DNA of 25,548 nucleotides from an uncultured Nitrospiraceae bacterium (GTDB lineage Bacteria; Nitrospirota; Thermodesulfovibrionia; Thermodesulfovibrionales; Dissulfurispiraceae). Each line of letters starts with the position of its first letter. The stretch's first letter is position 1. Both the position numbers and the translations under genes were made by a program. Positions 7,249 to 17,900 of the stretch are shown piece by piece. Location: positions 1 through 25,548 of the forward strand of contig CAMTVO010000022.1 in assembly GCA_947085205.1 (NCBI GenBank), read 5' to 3'. The notes below the pieces were generated by a model. The model saw only the letters and a program-made list of their open reading frames with translations. It did no database searches and was not told the DNA's origin.

Positions 7249-9012
7249 TTAGAATAAACCTTTTACTTTTCCTGTTGCAGTGTCAACGTCTATTCTTCTA
7301 TATGCTGGATCAGAGGCTGTTCCGGGCATCAATGTAATGGCTCCTGCAACCGGCACAACAAAGCCTGCGCCCTTATATGTGAGGATATCCCGGATAAAGA
7401 GCTTCCATCCTTTAGGAACTCCCTTGAGATTTGGATTGTCGGAGAGGCTAAGATGGGTTTTTACCATGCATGTGCCGAGCTTTGCTGTTTCGGGGTCCGC
7501 CTCCATCTTTTTAGCCTTCGAGAGCGCATCTGGAGAATACTCTACTCCCTCTGCTCCGTAAACTTCTGTTGCTATCAATTCAATGCGCTTGCGGAGAGGG
7601 GTGTCGAGCTCATAGAGGAACTTGAAGTTGTTTTCTTCATTGCATGCATCTACAACTGCATCTGCAAGCTCCAGAGAACCTTCGCCGCCGTACTGCCAGT
7701 GTTTCGAAACGGCAACCCTCGCTCCTGCAGCCTCGCATAGGCGTTTTACTGCCTTTATTTCATTATCGGTGTCCGTGTAAAAGGCGTTTATGCATACAAC
7801 GGGATTTACGCCTGCCTTCTTCACAATATTTATGCAGTGAATAAGGTTTTCCGTTCCTTTCTCGACCCAGCCGACATTTTCTCCCTTGTATTCTGCAGGC
7901 AGCGGTTTTCCGGGAACAGGTATCGGAGCTCCTCCGTGGCATTTTAATGCCCTGATTGTCGCCACGACTACTGCAGCATTAGGCTTGATGCCTGAATAGT
8001 GGCATTTCAGGTTCCAGAACTTTTCAAATCCTATATCAGCCGCAAACCCTGACTCTGTTACATTGTAATCTACAAGTTTGAGCGCCACCTTGTCTGCTAT
8101 AATCGATGACTGGCCTATTGCTATGTTGGCGAACGGCCCCGCATGCACAAAAACAGGCTGTCCTTCTATTGTCTGCATGAGGTTAGGGTTCAGCGCCTCG
8201 ATCATCCATGCTGTCATAGCGCCTGCAACTTCAAGGTCTTCTGTTGTCACCGGATTTCCGTTTTTGTCATAGGCAACAACGATCTTTCCCATCCTCTCTC
8301 TAAAGTCTTTTAAATCCTTAGCCACTGCCAGAATTGCCATCACCTCTGATGAAACTGCAATGGCAAATCCTGAATTCATCATAAAGCCGTCTGTCTTTCC
8401 GCCGAGTCCGATAATGATATTCCTGAGTGACTGCGCACAGAAATCCATTATCCACTTCATCTGGACGTTGCGAGGGTCTATATCAAGTCTTCTTAACTTG
8501 CGTTTTGCAAGTTGCTCATCTGTATAGTTGAATTCGTGCTGCATGCGGGAGGTTAGGGCAACCATTGCCAAATTATGTGAGTTTATGATGGCGTTTATGT
8601 CGCCTGTAAGTCCGAGAGAAAAAGGCGTTAGCGGAATGCACTGCGACAACCCTCCGCCTGCTGCAGAGCCTTTGATATTCATTGTAGGCCCGCCTGAAGG
8701 CTGTCTTATGGCAGCGGCAACTCTCTTGCCTCTCTTACCGAGCCCCTGAACCAGTCCGATTGTTGTTGTGGACTTCCCTTCTCCGAGCGGAGTCGGGGTT
8801 ATGGCTGTTACATCGATATATTTGCCGTCGGGTTTGTCTTTGAGTCTCTCTGTAACCCTCGCATAATCGATCTTTCCATAATAGTGTCCGTAAGGAAGCA
8901 GTTCCTCTTTCTGAAGACCGAGTTCATCTGCAATCTGATAGACGGTCTTCATGTTTTTTTCTGCTGCTTCTGCAATCTCCCAGTCTGCGTGTTTTGTCGG
9001 ATCAAGCGGCAT
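7249..9012 (-). CDS. fhs: Formate--tetrahydrofolate ligase
   Basis: [53 protein letters not shown]; strong SD GGAGGAGGT. Confidence 0.97.
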   Translation of the reverse strand: MPLDPTKHADWEIAEAAEKNMKTVYQIADELGLQKEELLPYGHYYGKIDYARVTERLKDKPDGKYIDVTAITPTPLGEGKSTTTIGLVQGLGKRGKRVAAAIRQPSGGPTMNIKGSAAGGGLSQCIPLTPFSLGLTGDINAIINSHNLAMVALTSRMQHEFNYTDEQLAKRKLRRLDIDPRNVQMKWIMDFCAQSLRNIIIGLGGKTDGFMMNSGFAIAVSSEVMAILAVAKDLKDFRERMGKIVVAYDKNGNPVTTEDLEVAGAMTAWMIEALNPNLMQTIEGQPVFVHAGPFANIAIGQSSIIADKVALKLVDYNVTESGFAADIGFEKFWNLKCHYSGIKPNAAVVVATIRALKCHGGAPIPVPGKPLPAEYKGENVGWVEKGTENLIHCINIVKKAGVNPVVCINAFYTDTDNEIKAVKRLCEAAGARVAVSKHWQYGGEGSLELADAVVDACNEENNFKFLYELDTPLRKRIELIATEVYGAEGVEYSPDALSKAKKMEADPETAKLGTCMVKTHLSLSDNPNLKGVPKGWKLFIRDILTYKGAGFVVPVAGAITLMPGTASDPAYRRIDVDTATGKVKGLF

Positions 9013-9035
9013 AAAATACCTCCTCCCTTTTTTAT

Positions 9036-9494
9036 TTAATAGTTAACGAGCGCTTTTATAAATTTGTCATTCATGCGCCTGACATTAAAGCCTGCAATTA
9101 GAGCAATGTTTTTGATTATTTTAAGCATAATTAAAGGCTCTTTCTTCTCCAACTCTTCAAATGAATTCCTATGAATTAAGAATAATTCAGACGGCTCGAG
9201 GGCCCTGGCATCAGACGCGTGTTCTGTTTTTTCAATAGCAGCAATTTCGCCCATAAAATGTCCTGCTGTCAGTATGACCAAAGGCTGCCTCCAGCCGTCG
9301 GGTGTAGTTTTTGATATCTCTACTTTTCCGCTTTTAATCATATATATGCCCTTGCATGGCTCGCCCTGCCTGAAAATATTATCATCCTTTGCAACTCTGA
9401 TATTTGATACAACCGGAATAATTTTCTCTATATCAGAGTCATCAAGCCCTTTAAGAAGTTCCTGCGCCTTCAGTTCATTCAAAATATTTGACAT
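9036..9494 (-). CDS. Stand-alone cyclic-nucleotide-binding-domain protein (no HTH)
   Basis: IFRQGEP...[12 protein letters not shown]...GHFMGEIA...HASDARA; 152 aa, too short for a Crp HTH. Confidence 0.88.
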   Translation of the reverse strand: MSNILNELKAQELLKGLDDSDIEKIIPVVSNIRVAKDDNIFRQGEPCKGIYMIKSGKVEISKTTPDGWRQPLVILTAGHFMGEIAAIEKTEHASDARALEPSELFLIHRNSFEELEKKEPLIMLKIIKNIALIAGFNVRRMNDKFIKALVNY

Positions 9495-9507
9495 TTTACT
9501 TATCCTC

Positions 9508-12201
9508 CTATGCGAAAGTCTCTATTTTTACTGCTGTTACTTTAAATTCAGGCGTTTTTGCATAACTGTCAAGAGCCTTATTGTTTGTCAGTATGTTAAT
9601 GGCAGCATCGGCATAATGCATTGGTATGAATACTTCCCCCTGTTTGACACTGTCAGTAATCCTTGCCTTTATGGTAATGCTTCCTCTGCGTGAGGAAACT
9701 TTTAACATGCTGCCGTTTTCTATATTAAGAACAGCGGCATCGTCAGGGTTTATCTCAATATATGCCTCACCTGCGTGTTTATGGATTGCATGTGCCCTTC
9801 CTGTCATTGACCCCCAATGATAATTAAACAGGTTTCTGCCATTTGTGAGTATAAAAGGGTAATTGTCATCCTTAATCTCTGCGGACGCTTCAAAAGGAAC
9901 AGATGTAAATGATACCCGACCCCTCGGAAAACCGCCTTTATATAAAAACTTTGTTCCCGGATGGTTTTTTGTAGGGCATGGCCACTGTATGCCTTCATTT
10001 TCAATTCTTGAATATGTTATCCCTTCATATGCCGGCCACAGGCTGCCGAGTTCTTCGAGTATCTCCGCCGGAGAATTATAGTTCATCCCGTATCCGAGCC
10101 GTCTTGATAGCTCCGCAATTATCCAAGAATCTTCCCTTGCCTCTCCGGGAGGATTTACAGCCTTTCTTACTCTCTGGACCCTTCTTTCTGTATTTATAAA
10201 TGTCCCGTCCTTTTCCGCAAAGCACGCCGCAGGAAAAACAACATGAGCCAATCCGGCAGTTTCTGTAAGAAAGATGTCCTGAACAAGAAGAAAATCAAGA
10301 TTCTTAAAACCTTTTATAGTATGCTCTGTATTTGGGTCGCCCAACACAGGGTTTTCTCCCATAATATATACTGACCTTACCTTACCTTCCATAATCTTTT
10401 CTGTAATTTCCGATGCCATTATGCCTGGTTTTTGTGAGAGTGTTACGCCCCACGCGTCCTCAAATTTCTTTTGTATATCAGGCAGGTCAACCCTCTGGTA
10501 TCCTGGATAGACGCTCGGGAGGCAGCCGGCATCACAGGCGCCCTGCACATTATTCTGTCCTCTCAATGGAATTATACCGGTAAATTCCCTTCCTATATTG
10601 CCTGTCAAAAGAGCCAGATTAGCTATGGCATTAACATTTTTTGTGCCGTGGGTATGCTGGGTGATGCCCATTGTGTAATAAATCGCAGCCTTTCTTGAGC
10701 TTCCATATGTTATTGCAGCCTTAATAATATCTTCCTTTGGCACGCCTGTTAACTTTTCGCCTGCCTCAGGAGTCGTGAATTCTTCAATGAACTTTTTCCA
10801 TTCTTCAAATCCAGTGGTATGTTCGGCTATAAACTTCTCATTATGAAGTCCTTCCTTTAATATCACATGCGCCATGCTGTTCAAAAGCGCTATATCTGTC
10901 CCCGGTCTCTGCTGCATCTGCATATAAGCGAATTTGCTCATTGATATCTTTCTCGGGTCCGCAATTACAATCTTTGCTCCTTTTCTATATGCCTTTATCA
11001 TCATATTGGCTATAACAGGGTGCGCCTCTTTTGTATTAGAGCCGATTATAAAAATAACCTCATTGCCTTCTATTTCCCTTATAGAATTGGTCATTGCCCC
11101 TGAGCCGAATATTGTAGCCAGACTGGCCACAGTGGGAGCGTGTCAGAGACGGGCGCAGTGGTCAACATTGTTATTGCCGATAACCGCCCTCATGAACTTC
11201 TGGAAGAGGTAATTTTCGCCTGTTGTACACCTTGCTGATGACAGCCCTGCTATTGCCTCAGGACCATAGGTATCCTTTATTTCCCTCAGCCTTTGGGCAG
11301 TATAATCCAGCGCTTCATCCCATGAAGCAGGCTGGAGTTCGCCATTTTTCCTGATAAGCGGCGTTTTAAGCCTGTCCGGACTTGATACAAACTCGTAGCT
11401 AAACCTGCCTTTAACGCAGAGCAAACCATTATTTACAATACTGTCTTCCTTGGATGTAACACGAACTATCTCATTGTCTTTTACATGCAGAGTAATGTTA
11501 CAGCCTACGCCGCAATAAGGGCAGACAGTATCGGTTTGTTTTACACCCTTTTGTCTGCCTTTTCTCTTCCACATCTTGGCTGTCAGAGCAGATGTCGGAC
11601 ATACACTAACACATTGTCCGCAGAATTCGCAGTTCATGTCTTTGCCGTCGTGGGTAGTAATCTTTCCTTTAGGGTCTGTTTTATCAAAAGCCAATGCCTT
11701 AACACCCTGCACCTCGTCACATATTTTTATACATAAACCGCATTTAATACACTTATCAAGCTCCCACTCAATAAAGGGATTATTGTCTTTTCTGTAATCG
11801 CCCTTTTCTGTCTTGAGCTTCGTGATATCAATATCATAAAAATAGGCGAGTTCCTGTAAGGTACACTCTCCTGCCCCTTCACAGGTCATACAGCCATTGG
11901 GATGGTCTGCAAGGATTTTCTCCAGATTGGTTTTTCTTAACTCAAAGAGTTGCGGCGATGTGGCAGTAACCTCCATCCCATCCTTCACCGGTATAAGGCA
12001 TGAATAAACGGGCTTTGATGAACCTTTCACCTCAACTGCGCAGAGTTTGCATCTGCCGGATGGCGAGAGTTTCGGATTATAACAGAGGGTCGGTATATAT
12101 ATATCAAGCATCTTAGCAGCCTTGAGGATTGTAGTCTTTTCCGGGACTTCTATTGGTTTCCCATCTATTGTAACCGTTAACATTTTTTTTCCATCTTCCA
12201 T
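9508..12201 (-). CDS. fdhA: Selenocysteine-containing Mo/W-bisPGD formate dehydrogenase alpha subunit with NuoG-like Fe-S N-terminus (897 aa)
   Basis: Track ORFs 11143..12258 and 9508..11130 are in frame across TGA 11145..11143: DHCARL-U-HAPTVASL. Has [2Fe-2S], HxxxCxxC, two [4Fe-4S] motifs, CPYCGVGC and PLRGQNNVQG. Start ATG 12201 with SD GGAG. Confidence 0.93.
11113..11145 (-). promoter_or_regulatory. Sec UGA codon and bacterial SECIS hairpin
   Basis: UGA, 11 nt (CACGCUCCCAC), then UGUGGCCA-GUC-UGGCUACA; same spacing as the E. coli fdhF SECIS. Confidence 0.85.
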
Positions 12202-12323
12202 ATTTTCTCCATAGATGATAAATATAACAATACCGCTGGCATTATTCCAATAAATCAATGAATGTATTAAAAATTTTAATTTTGGGCATTCAAGATGCTA
12301 TATTTAAATAGAGGGATATTCTA

Positions 12324-14864
12324 ATGAACATTACCGAACTTCTTTGCATCAGGGTTGAAGAGCTGATACAGTCAGGCATGAACGGCATATCCATAGCCCA
12401 TCAACTGGCGGATATGGTGGATGACTTTTTAATTTCAACCTTTCACTCTACTGTCTCTAAACCCCAAACTCAGAACTCTGAACTCCAGATGGCTCTTGTC
12501 GCCATAGGAGGCTATGGGCGCCGGGAGATTGCGCCTTTTTCCGATATAGACATTATGCTCCTTGCAAAAAGCAGGGACGAGGATATTATGGAAACCGCAC
12601 AATCGGCGCTCTATCGCTTCTGGGACATGGGGCTGAACATAAGCCATTGCTTCAGAACCCTGAATGAATGCGTCGAGGATGCGATGAACGATATCCAGAC
12701 AAGGACATCGCTTATTGAGGCGAGATTCCTTGCAGGAAGCGGGATGTTTTTTAATGAATTTAAGCAGGATGTCTATCAGAAGCTCATATTTAAAGGCAAA
12801 AGGGAATTCATCGGAGGTATCATGAGAGAGACAGAGAGAAGGTATAAAGAATACGGCGATTCGGTATACCTCCTCGAGCCCAATGTAAAAGAGGGAAGGG
12901 GAGGTCTCAGGGATATACATGCCGCATCATGGCTCCTAAAGACCGGATTGAGGATAAATAAAATCGAAGGTCTGAGAGAAATATTATTGCCTAACGACTA
13001 CAGCCATTTCATAAAGGCGTACGATTTTATTTTAACGACAAGGTTATGCCTTCATTTCATCGCAAAAAGAAAAAATGACATCTTGTCTTTCGACATTCAG
13101 GAAGAAACAGCAAAGAATCTAGGATTTAAGGACACAAAGAGATTTCTCTCCTCGGAAATACTGCTTAGGCTTTATTACAGGAAGGCAAAGAGTATCGTAG
13201 ATGTCTTAACTCGGCTTATGTATATCTGCAGCCGGCGGTATATACATTTCTATGAAGGCTTTACGCCTGCAAGCGTAAAAAAGATAACAGACGATTTTTA
13301 TCTTTCCAAGAATGAAATAATCGTTAAAGACAAAGGCATATTCAAAAATACGGACAAAATCTTAGAGGCGTTTTACATCTATTCCATTACAGACAGAAAG
13401 TTCAGCTATCAAACAAAAGAGGCTATTAGGCGCAGATTTCTTTTTATCAATAAGAAGACAAGGTCATCGAGAAAAGCGGCAATGCATTTCATCGAGATAC
13501 TTAAAGGAAACAGGGTCTATGAGACCCTTCGTGAAATGCATGATACAGGCATCCTCGACAGATTCATCCCCGAATTCGGAAGATTAAGGCATCTCGTCAT
13601 ACAAGAGCCTTATCACAGATACACGGTGGACGAGCACACCCTTATGGCCGTGAGGAATATAGAAAAGCTGAAGACCACAAAACATAAGAGGCTTTATTAT
13701 CTTGCAGATATTCTAAAAAATGTAAAGCAGGAGATTCTATTCCTATCCATACTCCTCCATGATATAGGCAAGGGGATATGCCCCCCTGCATCCCCCCTTA
13801 CCAAGGGAGGAATTGAAGGGGGGTATAAAAGACATGAGGATATTGGATATAGAATACTTAAAGATATAATGGAGAGATTTCCTATAGAACAGAGCGGCAG
13901 GCAAAAGGTAGAGTTTCTTGTCAGAAACCATATTGTACTTTCAAGGCTTGCGCTGACAAGGGATGTAGATGCCCCTGAAACCGTCATACAGCTTGCAGAG
14001 CTTGTTGAAAACGAAGAAAACCTCAATGCATTGTATCTTATTACCTATGCGGATATGACTGCCGTAAATCCGCACTTCTGGACAGAATGGAAGGCATATC
14101 TCTTTCATGAAATATACTCAAGGACAAGGGACCACCTGCTTGGTATTAAAAGACATTACTCAGAAAAAATAGTCGATACCGGGATTAAAAGTTTTGTTGA
14201 GGATATGCCGCACAGGTACCTTATATCCAGCGCCATTGATACGATTAATGCCGATTTTCAGATGGCGCAGGAGGGAAAAGAAAAAAGACCGCTAATATCC
14301 ATCGAAGAAAAGGCGGCCGGAACAGCGAATGGAACAGCGGAATTCACAATAGTAACCGATGACATGCCGGGCCTTTTTTCACAGATAGTAGGCGTTCTTG
14401 GATTCAGAGGCTTGAATATTCTCCGCGCAAGGCTTTACACCGGGAAAAGTAGTCTTGTGGTCGATAAGATTTTAGTCTCGAACTGGAGGGATATGTGGTG
14501 GCAGGGCATGGAGGAACAGATAAAAGACGATCTAAAAAAGGCAATAGGGGAAAAAGTCTATAACCTATCGCCCTTCGCTCCCTGCCCCTTGCCCCTTCAT
14601 AAGAGATTCGAGAGCTTTATCGAAATAGACAATGAAACCTCAGAAGAATACACAATACTCGAATTGTTTTCGCCAGACAGGCTCGGATTGTTGTATGATA
14701 TATCATCACGGTTTTATGAACATAATGCGGATATTATATCTGCGATCATTAATACTGAAGACGGGGTAGCACAGGATGTCTTCTATTTACAACACAAAAA
14801 CGGCAAGCTTAATGCAGAGATTATAATGAAGGTTTTAAATTCGATTCAGTCAGTTATTTTATGA
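12324..14864 (+). CDS. glnD: PII uridylyltransferase/uridylyl-removing enzyme
   Basis: AIGGYGR...PFSDIDI, LEPNVKEGRGGLRD, YHRYTVDEH, LLHDIGKG (HD domain), two ACT domains (DDMPGLF, PDRLGLL). Confidence 0.96.
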   Translation: MNITELLCIRVEELIQSGMNGISIAHQLADMVDDFLISTFHSTVSKPQTQNSELQMALVAIGGYGRREIAPFSDIDIMLLAKSRDEDIMETAQSALYRFWDMGLNISHCFRTLNECVEDAMNDIQTRTSLIEARFLAGSGMFFNEFKQDVYQKLIFKGKREFIGGIMRETERRYKEYGDSVYLLEPNVKEGRGGLRDIHAASWLLKTGLRINKIEGLREILLPNDYSHFIKAYDFILTTRLCLHFIAKRKNDILSFDIQEETAKNLGFKDTKRFLSSEILLRLYYRKAKSIVDVLTRLMYICSRRYIHFYEGFTPASVKKITDDFYLSKNEIIVKDKGIFKNTDKILEAFYIYSITDRKFSYQTKEAIRRRFLFINKKTRSSRKAAMHFIEILKGNRVYETLREMHDTGILDRFIPEFGRLRHLVIQEPYHRYTVDEHTLMAVRNIEKLKTTKHKRLYYLADILKNVKQEILFLSILLHDIGKGICPPASPLTKGGIEGGYKRHEDIGYRILKDIMERFPIEQSGRQKVEFLVRNHIVLSRLALTRDVDAPETVIQLAELVENEENLNALYLITYADMTAVNPHFWTEWKAYLFHEIYSRTRDHLLGIKRHYSEKIVDTGIKSFVEDMPHRYLISSAIDTINADFQMAQEGKEKRPLISIEEKAAGTANGTAEFTIVTDDMPGLFSQIVGVLGFRGLNILRARLYTGKSSLVVDKILVSNWRDMWWQGMEEQIKDDLKKAIGEKVYNLSPFAPCPLPLHKRFESFIEIDNETSEEYTILELFSPDRLGLLYDISSRFYEHNADIISAIINTEDGVAQDVFYLQHKNGKLNAEIIMKVLNSIQSVIL
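12455..12486. repeat. 7-bp tandem array inside glnD N-terminus
   Basis: CTCTAAA CCCCAAA CTCAGAA CTCTGAA CTCC; encodes SKPQTQNSEL; same family as the uvrA array. Confidence 0.8.
13781..13823. repeat. GC-rich palindromic element in-frame in the glnD HD domain
   Basis: CCCCCCTGCATCCCCCCTTACCAAGGGAGGAATTGAAGGGGGG; encodes PPASPLTKGGIEGG. Confidence 0.85.
14539..14598. repeat. 7-bp array with short inverted partner in the glnD ACT-ACT linker
   Basis: Right arm CCTATCG CCCTTCG CTCCCTG CCCCTTG CCCCTTC (14564-14598); degenerate left arm AGGCAATAGGGGAAAAAG (14539-14556). Confidence 0.75.
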
Positions 14865-14874
14865 AACATTCATG

Positions 14875-14972
14875 CCACTCCTACCCCTCCTTTTGTTATT
14901 AGTGAACAGTGAACAGTTTTCGGCTTACTGTTTACTGCTTACTGCTTTTTTAAAGAGAGGGGTTAGGGGGAG
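14875..14972. repeat. Nested repeat: inverted 7-bp arrays inside a GC-rich palindrome
   Basis: Outer CCACTCCTACCCCTCCTTT (14875-14893) and AAAGAGAGGGGTTAGGGGGAG (14952-14972); inner TTAGTGA ACAGTGA ACAGT (14899-14917) and TTACTGT TTACTGC TTACTGC (14925-14945). Confidence 0.85.
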
Positions 14973-14996
14973 ATTACTAAATAAGGGTATTTTCAG

Positions 14997-17900
14997 ATGA
15001 AAAAGAGAATTATCAGCATAATAGTCTTGGTCCTGATTTTAGGCATATTCTTTTATGCCTTAAGGGGTCCGAATATCTCCAATGCCCTGAAAAAAATTAT
15101 CCTGCCGGAACTGGAACTTATAACCGGGAAAAAGTTTATAGCCCAGAAGATGTATATAAACATTTTCCCGTTATTCATCGAGATGAAGGACGTTAAGGCC
15201 TTCGACGATACCGGCAACAGGATTCTGACAGCGGAAAGGGCCAAAGGTTATGTATCCGTTTCAGGACTGCTCAGAAAGGAAATAATTCTAAAAAGGCTCG
15301 TGATAAAAAAGCCGGATATCAGCTCCAACAGGGAACAGACCGAAGATATAATCGAATCGGTAAATAAATACCTGTCCGAGGCGTCGAAGATGCCCTTCAA
15401 GGTAATTATAAAGTCTGTTGACGTCACCAATGGGGGCATATCTTTCCATTATGGGAATTCTGAGGTGTTGGCTGAAGGATTAAATTCTAATATAATTCTA
15501 TCTCATGCGCCGAGATTCAGGGTGTCCGCAAAGGGCATTAAGGTCGTAAGGAAAGGCATCCCTGAGTTTTCATCAATGCTGGAAACTTTTTTTGTCCTGA
15601 AAGAAAAAGATATAGAAGTGAAAAGCCTGAAGATAATGTCTCACAGCTCTGAAATAAAGGCGTCCGGTATTTTCGGCATCGAAACATTAACGGGTGAGTT
15701 AGGAACAGAGATAAATTTATTAGCAGAATCGATAAAAAGGATATTCGGCCTTAAGAATCCCGGAGAGGGGAAGGTGGTTGCCAAAGGCTCGGTAAAGATC
15801 GATAGCGCTAAATCAGGCATAAGCAAGGTCTTTCTAAATTTAAAGCTAAAGGGAGATATGTATCTCGAAACGCTCATGGAATTGCTTAAAGTCGAAGAGA
15901 CATTAAAAGGGCATCTGAGTTTTTACGGAGAAATTAAAGGAAATCTCAATAATCTTCAAGGCAGCGCAAAAGCCAGGCTCGAAAAAGGCAACCTCTTTAA
16001 CGTTATGATAGACAGTCTAATCTGCAATGTTTTTTACAAGGACGGTGCGATGCGGTTTGCAAACGGCAATGCAAGGCTTTATAACGGCGCTGCTTCTGTT
16101 GAGGCAATGATAAGGCTGCCTGTCGTCGATTATTACAGCCTTAAAGTCAAAGCAAAAGATGTCGGCAGCAAGGGCATATTTAAACTGATAAAGTGGGATC
16201 CCCATATCCCTGAAGGCAGGGTTTCCGGAGAGATGGAGTCATCAGGAAGCGAATTCGAGCCTCATGGAAATTTCTCTTACGTGAGCCTGCCGAGGGGCAG
16301 GGATATACTCGATAGGGTTAAGAAGGTCGATGGCGAATTCAGCATGAAAGGCGATGAGATATATTTCCATGAGATGTTTATATCTACAGACAAATCAAGT
16401 GTTCTCGCTGAAGGAAGTGTTGACCTGAAGAAAAATGCGTTGAGTTTTACCGGCAGCGGCGCCACTGCCGATATAAAGGATTTCTCGTCTCCGTATTTCA
16501 ATGCGCTGTCCGGCCCCGGAAAATTTACATGTGCCGTATCCGGCGTATTTAAAGACCCTATAATAGACATGAAATTCGCATCAAGCAACATGACATTTTC
16601 AACAGGAGAACTTGGAATTTCTGATGTGTTGAAAAACAGGAAGATGCATTTTAATGAAGCGGAAGGCGTCATGTCATACAAAAAAAATCTTCTAACGGTT
16701 AAGAACATCTCTGCGCGTTCTTCCAAAGAGGAATACAAGGCCTCCGGGCATGTCTATTTCAAGAAAGCTCGTGAATTGTTCGAATTAAAAGAGCCGGACT
16801 ATGACCTTAATGTATCGGTAAAAAATATAGACATAAAGACCATTTCCGATATATTTCACGGAGGTCCCCAGTTTGCCGGAACCTTAAATTCGGATTTCAA
16901 ACTTTATGGAAAGCCGGAAGATATAAGGGCCTCGGGAGATGTCCATGCTGAGAAGCTTCTGTTGTACGATACTTATCAGGTCGACAGTGCGAATGGAAAG
17001 GTCTCGTATGCAAAAAAGGAATTCTCATCCACCTCATTGCTTATAAAAAAAGGCGGTTCTGCTCTGAATGCAACCGGAATGATTGCCTTGGATAAGAGGT
17101 TTTTCTTCAACGCCGATGCAAAACAGATAAAGGTTGTTGATGTTATGCCCGAAAAATTTAAAGTTCAGGAATATAAATCCAAAATTCTCGAAGCCCTTTT
17201 ATTGACCGACGCAAATATCAAAGGTAACGGGACATTTGATAATCCGAATATCGAATTAAAGAGCGGAATAAACGGAGGAAGCTACAAAGGCCAGTCGGTC
17301 GGAAAGGGATTTGTCAAAGCCGTGCTGATTAATAAGCACGCAGACATTGATGCGACTCTTCTGGACGGCAAAATTAATATAAAAGGAGACGCAGACCTTA
17401 CCGACTCTCTGCCGTGGTCCGCTGCAATCGAGCTTCAGCCTGCCAGATATGACTTTATCATTACTAATTTTTTGAAAGAGATCCCTGAAGATTTGTTGTT
17501 AAATATGTCAGGCAGCATAAAGGCATACGGAGATCTAAACCATGTTAATGCAATCGCGACAATAAACAGGGTACACCTCTATCTTTACGGCATCGGTTTC
17601 ACAAACAGTTCCGACATTATCGCACAAATGCAAGACAGAAAGCTTTCCATAAGCGCATTATCCATGAAGGGCGACGCTACGGAGTTCAGATTAAGCGGAA
17701 ACATGACAATAGGAAAAAACTACGACCTGCTTCTTGAGGGCTCGTCATCCCTTGCGCCTTTAAAGGCAATATCCAAAACTATTGACGTAGTGAAGGGAAA
17801 TGCCTCTTTTGTCTTTTCGGTATCCGGAGACTGGGATAAGCCTAAGATAAACGGCGGTATGGATGTAAACAACGGCACGTTGGGATTCAAGGATATCCAT

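Noticed and set aside
11143..11145. Nonsense mutation in fdh (pseudogene)
   Set aside because: The TGA is at the Sec position and is followed by a SECIS-like hairpin.
13254..13270. Small hairpin AGGC-TTTAC-GCCT in glnD as another repeat insertion
   Set aside because: A 4-bp stem is expected by chance; no second copy seen in the window.
14319..14339. GGAACAGCG duplicated at 12-nt spacing in glnD (GTANGTA)
   Set aside because: Looks like an ordinary local duplication unrelated to the 7-bp family.
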